A DNA stretch of 41,290 nt from an uncultured Methanosarcinales archaeon (GCA_964419615.1 CAYQPU010000012.1:1-41290); one strand, 5' to 3'; positions 18,439 to 28,149 are shown, counted from the first letter of the stretch. Notes: generated by a model from the sequence alone, not told the origin. Translations and numbers: made by a program.

Positions 18439-19622
18439 AATGGGCTAGAAGGATTCAAAATATTTCTTATGCAATCAGGGAGATTGTTGAAGAGGCTAAA
18501 AAACTAGAAGCTCAGGGAAGAGATATTATTTATCTTAATATTGGAGATCCTATTAAATATGATTTTAAGACCTCTAATCACTTGCATGATGCTGTTTACA
18601 AGAAAAAGCATGTTTCAGGATATGCCCATTCCCTAGGGCTTGATGGGGCAAGAGAGGCTATAGTCAAAAAAGCTAGGAAGGAAGGAGCAGATGTTGGTAA
18701 GGATGATGTGATTGTTACTAATGGAGGAAGTGAAGCTATATTTTTTTCAATTGGGGCTTTGCTAAATCCAGGTGAGAATATTTTAATTCCAAGGCCAGAT
18801 TACCCATTATATACTTTTTATCATAAGTTTTTTGGTGGAGTGGACAATTATTATTATCTTAATGAAAAGGATAATTGGCAGCCCGATCTTGAGGATATTA
18901 GAAGAAAGGTTAATGAGAAGACTAGGGCAATTGTAGTTATTAATCCTAACAACCCTACAGGAAATGTTTATTCAAAAAGGATTCTACAAGGTGTTGTGGA
19001 TATTGCTGCTGAGAATAATTTGATTATCTTGGCAGATGAGACTTATGATAAGATTGTTTTTGATGGGAAAAAACATATTCCAATTACTTCACTGGCAAAA
19101 GATGTTCCTGTTATTACACTAAGCAGTATGTCAAAGAATTATCTTGTTCCAGGATGGCGTATAGGATGGTTGATTTCCCATGATCCACTTGATAAAGCAC
19201 ATACTTATCTTGAAGGGATTAAAAGAATGGCAAGAGCCAGATTAAGCGGAGTTCACCACCATCAGTTTGGCATAAGTGCGGGCTTAGAAGGCTCACATGA
19301 GCATGTTGATGTGATAATTAAGAAACTAGAGAATAGAAGAGACATAACTTATAAGAGATTAAATGAGATTAGAGGGATTAGCTGTGTTAAACCAGAAGCT
19401 GCTTTTTATGCATTTCCTAAGATTGAATTAGATGTTAAGTCTGATGAGAGATTTATTAAGAATTTATTACATGAGGAAGGAGTTTTGTTTGTGCATGGCT
19501 CAGGTTTTGGACAAGTGCCTGGAACTAAACATTTTAGAGTTGTGTTTTTAGCTCCACCTAAGATCTTGAATAATGCTTTTGATAAACTTGAAAGATTTGT
19601 TGAAAAACATTTTTATACTTGA
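18435..19622 (+). CDS. PLP-dependent class I/II aminotransferase (Ala/Asp aminotransferase-like)
   Basis: LNIGDP, VTNGGSEA, INPNNPTG, ADETYD and SMSKNY.VPGWRIGW (PLP lysine); TTG start overlaps the ppcA stop. Confidence 0.92.
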   Translation: MKWARRIQNISYAIREIVEEAKKLEAQGRDIIYLNIGDPIKYDFKTSNHLHDAVYKKKHVSGYAHSLGLDGAREAIVKKARKEGADVGKDDVIVTNGGSEAIFFSIGALLNPGENILIPRPDYPLYTFYHKFFGGVDNYYYLNEKDNWQPDLEDIRRKVNEKTRAIVVINPNNPTGNVYSKRILQGVVDIAAENNLIILADETYDKIVFDGKKHIPITSLAKDVPVITLSSMSKNYLVPGWRIGWLISHDPLDKAHTYLEGIKRMARARLSGVHHHQFGISAGLEGSHEHVDVIIKKLENRRDITYKRLNEIRGISCVKPEAAFYAFPKIELDVKSDERFIKNLLHEEGVLFVHGSGFGQVPGTKHFRVVFLAPPKILNNAFDKLERFVEKHFYT

Positions 19623-19640
19623 ATTAAACAAGGTGAGAAC

Positions 19641-20990
19641 ATGGTATACAGAACAAATAATTGTGGAGAACTTAGAAAAGAACATGAAGGTCAGCAAGTA
19701 AAGTTAGCTGGCTGGGTGCAAAGTATTAGATTAACAGGCAAATTTGGTTTTATGGATCTACGAGATAGGTATGGAATTACTCAAGTTTTTCTTAATGATA
19801 GTTTTTTAGACAAATTAAAAGATTTGAAAAGAGAGTCAGTTGTTTCGGTCGGTGGAAAAGTTAAAGCTAAACCAAAAGCAAATCCTAAGCTTGCAACTGG
19901 TGAGATTGAACTATCTGCTGAAGAACTTGAGATTCTAAGTCCAGCTGAACCTTTACCAATGGAACTTGATGAGTCTATTGAGTCTACTGAAGAGACTAGA
20001 TTGAAGTATCGTTATTTGGATTTAAGAAAAGAACGGATGCAAAAGAATTTGGTATTGAGACATAAGATTACTTTTGCGGTTAGAGAATTCCTTAATTCTG
20101 AGGATTTTTTAGAGATTGAAACACCATTACTTGCAAAATCCACACCTGAAGGAGCTAGGGATTATTTGGTTCCAAGCAGAGTTAACAAAGGAAAATTTTA
20201 TGCTTTGCCTCAATCTCCGCAGATTTTCAAGCAATTGTTAATGATATCTGGTTTTGATAAGTATTTTCAGATTGTAAAATGTCTTCGAGATGAAGATCTT
20301 AGAGCTGATCGACAACCTGAGTTTACACAGATTGATATTGAGATGAGTTTTATAGAACAGGATGATATTTTGTCAATGTGTGAAGGTTTGATGAAGAGTG
20401 TTTTCAAAAAGGTTTTGGATGTTGAATTAGAGCTGCCTTTTAAGAGGATGACTTACAAAGAAGCTATGGAAAAGCACAAATCAGATAAGCCAGATATTAG
20501 AAAGGAAGGAGAGAAATTCAAGTTCCTTTGGGTTATTGACTTTCCAATGTTTGAGTATAGTGAAGAGGATGATAGGTACAAAGCAATGCATCACCCATTT
20601 ACAATGCCAAGCACAGATGACTTTTCTGATATGGGAAAAGTATTGTCAAAGGGATATGATCTTGTCTTGAATGGATGGGAAGTTGCAGGTGGATCACTAA
20701 GGATTTTTAACACAGAGATGCAAGCAAAAGTGTTTTCTGCTCTAGGACTTGGAGAGGAAGAAGCAAAATCAAAATTCGGCTTTTTAATGGAAGCAATGAA
20801 GTATGGTAATCCTCCACTTGGTGGAATTGCATTTGGTTTAGATAGATTAATTGCTTTGATGGCTGGTGAAACTTCAATTAGAGAAGTTATTGCATTCCCA
20901 AAAACCAAAGATGCTCTTGACTTGATGACAAAAGCTCCATCAGATGTGACGCAAGAACAATTGGATGAGTTGGGATTGAAGTTAAAGTAG
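19641..20990 (+). CDS. aspS: aspartyl-tRNA synthetase, bacterial type, lacking the GAD insertion domain
   Basis: [61 protein letters not shown] and GGIAFGLDR; SDKPDIR joins [10 protein letters not shown] directly. Confidence 0.95.
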   Translation: MVYRTNNCGELRKEHEGQQVKLAGWVQSIRLTGKFGFMDLRDRYGITQVFLNDSFLDKLKDLKRESVVSVGGKVKAKPKANPKLATGEIELSAEELEILSPAEPLPMELDESIESTEETRLKYRYLDLRKERMQKNLVLRHKITFAVREFLNSEDFLEIETPLLAKSTPEGARDYLVPSRVNKGKFYALPQSPQIFKQLLMISGFDKYFQIVKCLRDEDLRADRQPEFTQIDIEMSFIEQDDILSMCEGLMKSVFKKVLDVELELPFKRMTYKEAMEKHKSDKPDIRKEGEKFKFLWVIDFPMFEYSEEDDRYKAMHHPFTMPSTDDFSDMGKVLSKGYDLVLNGWEVAGGSLRIFNTEMQAKVFSALGLGEEEAKSKFGFLMEAMKYGNPPLGGIAFGLDRLIALMAGETSIREVIAFPKTKDALDLMTKAPSDVTQEQLDELGLKLK

Positions 20991-21023
20991 TTTAATCAGT
21001 TGGAGTTTTTTTGGGTAGAATAA

Positions 21024-21174
21024 GTTAGCTCCACCTGGCCTGTTCGTTCGCCAGTTTGCTTGATTGTCAAGATACTATAAACCATGTTCTATTTACTAAT
21101 AGCAAACTGTTCCTTTCTTACTCTTACGATGATTCCAGTCTCTCTCACACAAATCTGGCCTAGGTGGAGCTAAC
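21024..21174. ncRNA. unknown 151-nt structured element, copy 1
   Basis: Terminal stem GTTAGCTCCACCT-GGCC/GGCC-T-AGGTGGAGCTAAC and inner stem CAGTTTGCT/AGCAAACTG; aligns without gaps to 36671-36821. The RNA call and the strand are inference. Confidence 0.6.
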
Positions 21175-21269
21175 CCTTAACTATCTTTATATATATGTAA
21201 CCGAAAGATTTAAATAAACTCTACTCTTACTTGAGGGTAATTTGTATTCTAGTATTTTTAGTGAGTATA

Positions 21270-21902
21270 ATGGAAGAAAAGACCCTGAAAACTGGTACAA
21301 CAACTGTTGGTATTGTGTGTAAAGATGGAATAATTCTAGCTGCAGATAGGAGAGCAACCTCTGGTAATCTGATTGTTGATAAAAAAGCACAGAAGATTCA
21401 TGTTATTAATGATAATCTAGCTTTGACAACAGCAGGTACTGTTTCTGATATTCAGCTTTTGATAAAGTTAATAAAAGCAGAACTGAAATTAAAGGAGCTT
21501 AAAACTAATAGAATGCCAAATATAAAAGAATCTGCAAATATGCTAGCAGGAATTGTTTACTCTAATATTAGAAAGATGTCTATGATTCCAGGTGTTAGTC
21601 ATTTTGTACTTGGTGGCAAGGATAAATTTGGATTTCACTTATATGATTTGTTTGCTGACGGTTCTTTGACAAGATGTGAAGAGTATATTTCATCTGGGTC
21701 AGGTAGTGTTATGGCATATGGTGTTTTAGAGACCTTGTTTAGTGAGGATATGAGTGTTAAGGAAGGTGTTGATTTAGCTGTTAAAGCAATTAACGCAGCT
21801 ATTCAAAGAGATAGTGCCTCAGGTCAAGGAATAGATGTGATTACCATAACTAAAGACGGAGTTAAATCCGCTTTGAAAAAAACAATTAAAACAACTTTAT
21901 AA
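21270..21902 (+). CDS. psmB: proteasome beta subunit
   Basis: Propeptide MEEKTLKTG then TTTVG; AADRRAT.G, GSGSVMAYGVLE and RDSASG. Confidence 0.95.
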   Translation: MEEKTLKTGTTTVGIVCKDGIILAADRRATSGNLIVDKKAQKIHVINDNLALTTAGTVSDIQLLIKLIKAELKLKELKTNRMPNIKESANMLAGIVYSNIRKMSMIPGVSHFVLGGKDKFGFHLYDLFADGSLTRCEEYISSGSGSVMAYGVLETLFSEDMSVKEGVDLAVKAINAAIQRDSASGQGIDVITITKDGVKSALKKTIKTTL

Positions 21903-21933
21903 GAGCGAGCGTATTTTTGGAGGAAATGATATT

Positions 21934-23829
21934 ATGACAGATATAATTAAGGAAGTATTAGGTATGCTTCCGAAAACCAAGATTTCTGATGCAGGTTTTG
22001 AAGGTGCAAATATTGTTTTGTATACAAAGGATAAGGAATTTTTCCTTCATAATGATGGTTTAATTAAGCAAGTTGTTAATGAGATTAAAAAAAGAGTAGA
22101 ACTTCGACCGGATCCAAGTATTACTCTTGAACTTGAAAAGGCTGAAGAAGTAATTCGAGGCTTATTGCCAAAAGAAGCTGGCGTTGATAAAGTTTTATTT
22201 GATCCGCAAAGAAGTTGTGTTATTATTGAAGCTGAAAAACCAGGACTTGCGATTGGTAAGCAAGGTTGCATTCTAAGAGAGATTAGATCTAAAACACTTT
22301 GGGTTCCTCTTGTGCAAAGAAAACCTGCACTAAAGAGCAAACTTATTGAGAACATTAGAGGTGTTTTATATCAGGAGTCTGATTATAGACGAAAGTTTTT
22401 GAATAAGACAGGCCATAGAATTTATGATGGTTGGATTAGAGATAAGAAAAAAGAATGGATTAGATTAAGTGTGCTTGGAGGAGGAAGACAGGTTGGTAGA
22501 AGCTGTTTATTATTACAGACCCCTGAAAGCAGAGTGTTGTTTGATTGTGGTGTTGATGTTGCCAATAGTAGGGATTCATACCCGTTTTTAGAATCTCCTG
22601 ATTTTAATATTAATGAACTAGATGCTGTTGTTTTAAGTCACTCACATCTTGATCATTGTGGTTTTATCCCATATTTGTTTAAGTATGGTTATAGAGGACC
22701 TGTTTATTGTACTGCACCAACAAGAGATGTTTCATCTTTGCTATTGCTTGATTATGTTAAAATTATGAAATCAGAGGGAGATGATCCAATTTTTACAAGT
22801 GAACATATCAAAGAAATGGTTAAGCATACAATTACTCTTGGCCTTGAAGAAGTATCTGACATAACCCCAGATATTAGAATCACAATGTATAATGCAGGTC
22901 ATATTTTGGGAAGTGCAATGGTGCATATTCATGTTGGAAATGGTCTACACAATATTCTTTATACTGGAGATATGAAGTTTGGTAAAACAACTTTACTTGA
23001 ACCTGCAGTTACCAAGTTTCCAAGACTTGAAACTTTGATTATTGAAGGAACTTATGGTGGGAGAGATAATATTTTACCAACCAAGCATGAGTGTGATTTA
23101 CAGCTTGCAGATTATATTGCCAAGACTATTAAGAGAGGTGGAAAGGTTTTAATTCCTGTGCTTGGATCAGGTAGAGCTCAAGAGGTAATGGTTATTATTG
23201 AAAATTTAATTAGAACTGGGAAACTTGATAGAATTCCTGTTTTTATTGATGGTATGGTTTGGGATATTACTGCCATTCATACTGCTTATCCTGAATATCT
23301 TAATAGCAAGATTAGAAGACAAATATTCCATCGAGATCAGAATCCATTCTTGGCTGATATTTTCAAACATGTTGGTTCAAAAAAAGAAAGACAGCTGATT
23401 TTTGAAGAAGTTGGGCCATGTGTTATTTTAGCTACTTCAGGTATGCTTGTTGGCGGCCCTTCTGTTGAGTACTTAAAAGAGCTTGCTGAGGATCCTAAAA
23501 ATACTCTGGTTTTTGTTTGTTATCAAGGTGAAGGTTCACTTGGTAGAAGAATCCAAAGAGGGGATAAGGAGTTTGCAGTTAAAGCAGGTACTAATCGACA
23601 AGATATTATTAAGGTTAATCTTGAAGTGCAAACTATTGAAGGATTTACAGGACATAGTGGCAGAAAACAGCTGATGAATTTTGTCTACAAGTGTATTCCA
23701 AAGCCAAAGAAGATGTTTGTAGTGCATGGAGAAAGTTCAAGATGTCTTGATCTTGCAAGTTCTATTCACAAGACTGCTAGAATTGAGACTATTGCACCGA
23801 GGAACTTAGAGGCTCATAGAATTAGATAA
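21934..23829 (+). CDS. fttA: aCPSF1/FttA beta-CASP ribonuclease with N-terminal KH domains
   Basis: FEGANIVLYTK, EKPGLAIGKQG, LGGGRQVGRSC, HSHLDH, AGHILGS, GFTGHS and VHGE; follows psmB as is typical in archaea. Confidence 0.95.
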   Translation: MTDIIKEVLGMLPKTKISDAGFEGANIVLYTKDKEFFLHNDGLIKQVVNEIKKRVELRPDPSITLELEKAEEVIRGLLPKEAGVDKVLFDPQRSCVIIEAEKPGLAIGKQGCILREIRSKTLWVPLVQRKPALKSKLIENIRGVLYQESDYRRKFLNKTGHRIYDGWIRDKKKEWIRLSVLGGGRQVGRSCLLLQTPESRVLFDCGVDVANSRDSYPFLESPDFNINELDAVVLSHSHLDHCGFIPYLFKYGYRGPVYCTAPTRDVSSLLLLDYVKIMKSEGDDPIFTSEHIKEMVKHTITLGLEEVSDITPDIRITMYNAGHILGSAMVHIHVGNGLHNILYTGDMKFGKTTLLEPAVTKFPRLETLIIEGTYGGRDNILPTKHECDLQLADYIAKTIKRGGKVLIPVLGSGRAQEVMVIIENLIRTGKLDRIPVFIDGMVWDITAIHTAYPEYLNSKIRRQIFHRDQNPFLADIFKHVGSKKERQLIFEEVGPCVILATSGMLVGGPSVEYLKELAEDPKNTLVFVCYQGEGSLGRRIQRGDKEFAVKAGTNRQDIIKVNLEVQTIEGFTGHSGRKQLMNFVYKCIPKPKKMFVVHGESSRCLDLASSIHKTARIETIAPRNLEAHRIR

Positions 23830-23885
23830 CAGTTTAGTTATATCTATACTAATTTTGTTTTTATTCCTATCAGTTTAGTTTTTTA

Positions 23886-23970
23886 TAATCATTATAGTAT
23901 ACTAAATCAGATACTAGTTTGGAGATATACCACACACCAGGATATACCATTTAGTATATTAATTATGATT
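23886..23970. repeat. inverted repeat enclosing two direct repeats
   Basis: TATACTAAAT (23898-23907) / ATTTAGTATA (23949-23958) with imperfect outward extension; GATATACCA at 23924-23932 and 23941-23949. Confidence 0.45.
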
Positions 23971-24047
23971 TAACTATATTATTTTACTAATTGATATCCT
24001 GATCCTAAAACAGAAGCTTTTTAAAAAAAACCCAGTATCATTTAAGA

Positions 24048-24668
24048 ATGAAGGTTTGGGAATATATAAAGAAAACATGGGATTTTATATGGAATGATGA
24101 TAGCCTACTTAGCTGGGTTATTAGTATTGTTCTTGCTTTTTTATTGATCAAGTTTGTTGTTTATCCTGGCCTTGGGTTTTTGCTTGGTAGTGATTTTCCA
24201 ATTGTGGCTGTTGTTTCAAACTCAATGGAACATAATGGTGATTTTGATTCCTGGTGGGAACAGTCTGGTAATTGGTATGAGGAAAAAGAAATTTCCAAGC
24301 AAGAGTTTAATTCATATCAATTTCACAATGGATTCAATAAGGGAGATATTATGATTTTGGTGGGCGCTCCTCCAGAAAAGATTGAGATTGGAAGTGTTCT
24401 TGTTTTTATTAGCCACACAACAAGACCAAAACCAGATCCGATTATACATAGAGTTGTTGAAAAAAGTGAAGATTATGTTTTTAAAACAAAAGGAGATAAT
24501 AATAACAAGATGTTTGATGATGAGTGTTTTGAAGATGGTTATTGTATTGATGAAACAAGGATTACTGAGTCTCAGGTTTTAGGAAAGGCTGTTGTTAGAA
24601 TTCCGTGGTTAGGGTATATCAAGATATGGGCTGTTGAACTTGTTCCTTTCTTGAGGAGGGTACTATAA
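24048..24668 (+). CDS. signal peptidase I (archaeal Sec11-like)
   Basis: TM segment then VVSNSMEH (Ser), IIHRVV (His), TKGDNN and RIPWLGY. Confidence 0.9.
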   Translation: MKVWEYIKKTWDFIWNDDSLLSWVISIVLAFLLIKFVVYPGLGFLLGSDFPIVAVVSNSMEHNGDFDSWWEQSGNWYEEKEISKQEFNSYQFHNGFNKGDIMILVGAPPEKIEIGSVLVFISHTTRPKPDPIIHRVVEKSEDYVFKTKGDNNNKMFDDECFEDGYCIDETRITESQVLGKAVVRIPWLGYIKIWAVELVPFLRRVL

Positions 24669-24982
24669 TGTTTTGTTCAAAATGTAAATCAATATTAATT
24701 CCAAAGAAAAAAGGTAATAAGACTGTTATGTGTTGTAATTCCTGTGGTCAGAGTGATAAGGATGCGAAGGCAATTATGTCTGAGAAAGTTAAATCAGATG
24801 ATAGGAACATTGATGTTGTTGATAAGGATGTTGAGACAAAGTCAATGACAGATCAAACTTGTCCAAAGTGTGGTCATGATAAAGCATATTATTGGTTTTT
24901 ACAGACCAGAGCTAGTGATGAGTCAGAGACACAGTTTTTTAAATGTGTTAAGTGTAAGCATCAGTGGAGAGTTTATGATTAA
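24668..24982 (+). CDS. tfs: transcription factor S (TFS)
   Basis: FCSKC..CNSC N-terminal ribbon; CPKCGH...QTRASDE..T.FFKC.KC.H.W C-terminal ribbon with the acidic DE hairpin. Confidence 0.93.
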   Translation: MFCSKCKSILIPKKKGNKTVMCCNSCGQSDKDAKAIMSEKVKSDDRNIDVVDKDVETKSMTDQTCPKCGHDKAYYWFLQTRASDESETQFFKCVKCKHQWRVYD

Positions 24983-24985
24983 AGC

Positions 24986-25399
24986 TTAGTCTTTCATAAA
25001 TTTTTCATAGAATTCTTCCGGATCATTAATCGCATAAATATTCCATTCTCCTTTTTCAAGAAGATGATGTTCTTCAGCCATGTGAATTAATCCATGATTG
25101 AATAAATGGACACTACCATCTAATAAATTGTGAACTGCCCAATCATCAGACCATAGTATGTTGCATCCTACTGGACACGGAGCTGAACCTGGTTGCACAG
25201 TTCCCCTAAAATCAACAGAATATAGTTTTTTATTGTAATCTCCGTTTATAAATTGCCTGTATCTATTTGCAATAGCCTCGTATGAACCCCCAATTCTTGA
25301 AAGAATTGGATCATCATGAGCTCTTACTTCAGCTGCAGAGCCAAATCCTTCAAAATAATCCATACTTCTTAATTCACCAAATGACATTCTGTTAACCAT
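24986..25399 (-). CDS. hypothetical protein with Cys/His cluster
   Basis: CPVGC and H...HMAEEHH; 137 aa. Confidence 0.7.
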   Translation of the reverse strand: MVNRMSFGELRSMDYFEGFGSAAEVRAHDDPILSRIGGSYEAIANRYRQFINGDYNKKLYSVDFRGTVQPGSAPCPVGCNILWSDDWAVHNLLDGSVHLFNHGLIHMAEEHHLLEKGEWNIYAINDPEEFYEKFMKD

Positions 25400-25431
25400 A
25401 TTATTTTATATTGGAAGACTTTTTGCACCAA

Positions 25432-25686
25432 TCAGTATATTCTGCTTCGCTTATCTATATTAGAGATATATATCTCTTTGTTTTCATAATTTACTATATA
25501 CAAAACTCTATAATCTCCAACTCTTATTCTATACATTTTACTTCTAACATTAATTATTTTCTTCACATAGTTTGGGACAGGATTTGTTCTCAGATCACTA
25601 ATCTTTTTAAGAATTCTCTTTGAAATATTTCTGGGATACTTTTGAAGGGTTTTATGTGATCTTGTATTGAATTTTATTGAAAACAT
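25432..25686 (-). CDS. RelE/StbE-family toxin
   Basis: KRILKKISDLRTNP and MYRIRVGDYRVLYIV...I..IDKRSRIY. Confidence 0.9.
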   Translation of the reverse strand: MFSIKFNTRSHKTLQKYPRNISKRILKKISDLRTNPVPNYVKKIINVRSKMYRIRVGDYRVLYIVNYENKEIYISNIDKRSRIY

Positions 25687-25881
25687 TTAACAAATACCAA
25701 ACTCTTTTTCAATCTGCTCAGAGTCAATAAGTTTGCCAGCTTTTTTTTCTCTTGCTGTTTCTGTAAGAGCATCAAAGTCATCCTGAGAAAGAATCATATC
25801 CTTATCTACCATATTTTTTTTTATAGAATTAATTTCCTTTTTAATTTCTTTTAGTTCTTCCAATAATTGATTTTGTGCCAT
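25687..25881 (-). CDS. putative antitoxin
   Basis: 64 aa, abuts the toxin start; D..LS.DD..AL...RE.K.GKLI..EQI pattern typical of archaeal RelE partners. Confidence 0.75.
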   Translation of the reverse strand: MAQNQLLEELKEIKKEINSIKKNMVDKDMILSQDDFDALTETAREKKAGKLIDSEQIEKEFGIC

Positions 25882-25926
25882 GCTACATTCTGGGAGAGTT
25901 CTAGGTTTATAAATATTATGTAAATA

Positions 25927-26211
25927 TTAGACCGTAAACAATCTGTTATCATTTCCAACATCAAATAGTCCAGAACTTGCTCCAGCATCAAGCCAACCAT
26001 GAGCATAGTTTACACAGGCAAATGCATTTACCTTGTCACCTTTTTCTCTAAAGTGATGTGCATCTTTGTAGTATCTTTGTGCCATGTCTAGGAAATACGA
26101 TGCTGTTTTATGTTGCTCAGTATTTTCTGGTGGCGCTATTTTGACTTTGTCTAGAGCTTGCTTTGTTATTCCAAAGTATTTGTCTAGTTTTTGTTCTGTT
26201 ATTGTGTCCAT
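25927..26211 (-). CDS. DUF357 protein
   Basis: FLDMAQRYYKDA.HF...GD.VNAFACVNYAHGWLDAGA..GLF. Confidence 0.9.
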   Translation of the reverse strand: MDTITEQKLDKYFGITKQALDKVKIAPPENTEQHKTASYFLDMAQRYYKDAHHFREKGDKVNAFACVNYAHGWLDAGASSGLFDVGNDNRLFTV

Positions 26212-26490
26212 GTTTATCAGTAGAAATGTTGAATTTAAATAGTTTTACAAAAAGATAAACATTGTATTCAGGTACATATTCTCCAATCTTGGAGATACAC
26301 TCCATACCCAATATATCATTCAAAGTTTGTATATTTGATTGTTGCTTTCTGTATGGGCCTATTTGCATCTATTTCATTTAAGGTACATTAGAATAACTCT
26401 AACCTTAGTTAACACCACTTGCGAAATTGTTCTTACTTAACAGTGATCAACAAAAGAAAAGTTTATAAGCATTATTCTATTCCCATACAT

Positions 26491-27276
26491 ATGGTTAATA
26501 AAGCAATTAAGAGAACTGCCTTGTTACTTGGAGTATATTTGGCAGGTATGGTTGCAGTTAATGCACATATTGCTTATGACTATCACACACATACAAAGTA
26601 TACAATTGAAAATGGTGAAATTCCTAAAGTTTTGGAAGTGCATAAGTATGAGATTAATTTAGATGGTGAGGAAGAGTATTTAACCATAGTTGCTGAAAAA
26701 CATTCATATTCCAAAGAAGAATATGAAATTGGAATTAGGTTAGCGGAAGACCATGCACATTTCGCTAGTGAAGTTGGAACTCAGTCATTTTATAATGTAT
26801 CAAAAAGTAATTTAAGGTACTTACTTGCAATAGTAACCTGTCTTGGTCCTTCAAATTACTATTATAATCTTGGCAGTGGTAGAACCTACGATAGTGTAAG
26901 CTCCATAGCTGAAGACCAAGGGTATTTTATCTACGCTTTGGAAGATGTACAGCAAAGTTTGGAAGATTTCTCCGGATTTGATAAAGCACTGTTTTTTGGA
27001 TGGTCAACGGCATCTGCTTTGGTTTCACCTATAGGATATTACCAAGGAAGAGATGATACAGGTTTTGTACATGGCCAAAATAAAGGAACACTATTTAATA
27101 GACTATTGGTTGATAAAAGAGATGAAGGTATAGCAGATGGTATTATCGATTTATTGAGAGATGATGAGATTGATGATCTATTAGCTTCTCTTGGGATTGC
27201 ACATTTTGAGGGTGTTATTGAACACCTCTCTGAAAAAGTTGAGCTAATTGAAATTCCCTATGATTATGATCAATAG
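26491..27276 (+). CDS. secreted or membrane-anchored protein, possibly TraB/GumN-like
   Basis: Likely leaderless ATG at 26491 (TTTATAAG at 26462); N-terminal hydrophobic segment; C-terminal LVDKRDEGIA..I.....LG.AH..G...L resembles TraB/GumN. Confidence 0.55.
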   Translation: MVNKAIKRTALLLGVYLAGMVAVNAHIAYDYHTHTKYTIENGEIPKVLEVHKYEINLDGEEEYLTIVAEKHSYSKEEYEIGIRLAEDHAHFASEVGTQSFYNVSKSNLRYLLAIVTCLGPSNYYYNLGSGRTYDSVSSIAEDQGYFIYALEDVQQSLEDFSGFDKALFFGWSTASALVSPIGYYQGRDDTGFVHGQNKGTLFNRLLVDKRDEGIADGIIDLLRDDEIDDLLASLGIAHFEGVIEHLSEKVELIEIPYDYDQ

Positions 27277-27315
27277 ACCAAATAATTTAAAAACATACTT
27301 CAACCTCTTTTTCTT

Positions 27316-28149
27316 ATGTCAGATATTGGGGGGCAGGCAGTTGTTAATGGAGTGATGATGCGAGGTAAACGCAAGTATGTTGTTGCTGTTAGAAAAGATA
27401 AAGATATTGTTATCAAAAAAGAAAAGATTAAGGTTTCCAAGTTTATTAAAATCCCATTTATTAGAGGTGTTGTTTCTCTAGCTGAGTTTTTAGTTATTGG
27501 TATCAGGGCATTGGAGTGGTCTGCAAAACAGTCAACTGATGACGATGAACCAATATCAAATAAAGAGATTGCTTTAACTTTTGGAATTGCTTTTTTATTT
27601 AGTCTTGTTTTGTTTGTTGGAATTCCGTTTTTTGTTTCTGGCTTGTTTGTTAAGAGTAAGGATGTTTGGTTTAATTTGTTTGAAGGACTTGTAAGAGTTT
27701 GTGTTTTTATTGGGTATATTGTTATTATTTCTAGGTTTCAGGATGTTAAGGAAGTTTTTCAGTATCATGGTGCTGAACATAAGACTATTAATTGTTATGA
27801 GGCAGGGAAAAAACTTACTGTTAACAATATAAAAAAATATTCAAAGATTCATACAAGATGTGGAACTTCATTTATTATGATTGTTTTAATGGTTAGTATT
27901 GTTGTGTTTTCATTTATCCTGGATCCAAGATGGTATGTAAAGTTAGTTTCAAGAATTGTTTTGATTCCTGTTATTGCAGGTATTTCTTATGAAATATTAA
28001 AGTTGAGTGCCAAGTTTGAACATATTGGTTTTGTTAGAGCTTGTGTTGCACCAGGTCTATGGCTTCAGAGGTTAACCACAAAAGAACCAGATAATAAACA
28101 AATTGAGGTTGCGATCAAGGCTTTGAAAGGTTTACTTACTTCAAATTAA
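27316..28149 (+). CDS. DUF1385 (YqhQ-like) membrane protein
   Basis: IGGQAV.NGVMMR, VFQYHGAEHKTINCYE, HTRCGTSF and LQRLTTKEPD..Q.EVAI. Confidence 0.92.
   Translation: MSDIGGQAVVNGVMMRGKRKYVVAVRKDKDIVIKKEKIKVSKFIKIPFIRGVVSLAEFLVIGIRALEWSAKQSTDDDEPISNKEIALTFGIAFLFSLVLFVGIPFFVSGLFVKSKDVWFNLFEGLVRVCVFIGYIVIISRFQDVKEVFQYHGAEHKTINCYEAGKKLTVNNIKKYSKIHTRCGTSFIMIVLMVSIVVFSFILDPRWYVKLVSRIVLIPVIAGISYEILKLSAKFEHIGFVRACVAPGLWLQRLTTKEPDNKQIEVAIKALKGLLTSN

Noticed and set aside
21024-21174. 151-nt element as 5S rRNA, SRP RNA, a permuted tRNA or an attC site
   Set aside because: Only fragments match (CGAAC, GCCAGG, AAGGAA, GTTAG/CTAAC), in the wrong order or context; no cloverleaf, SRP helix 8 or 5S loops. 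The GTT...AAC order is the reverse of attC.
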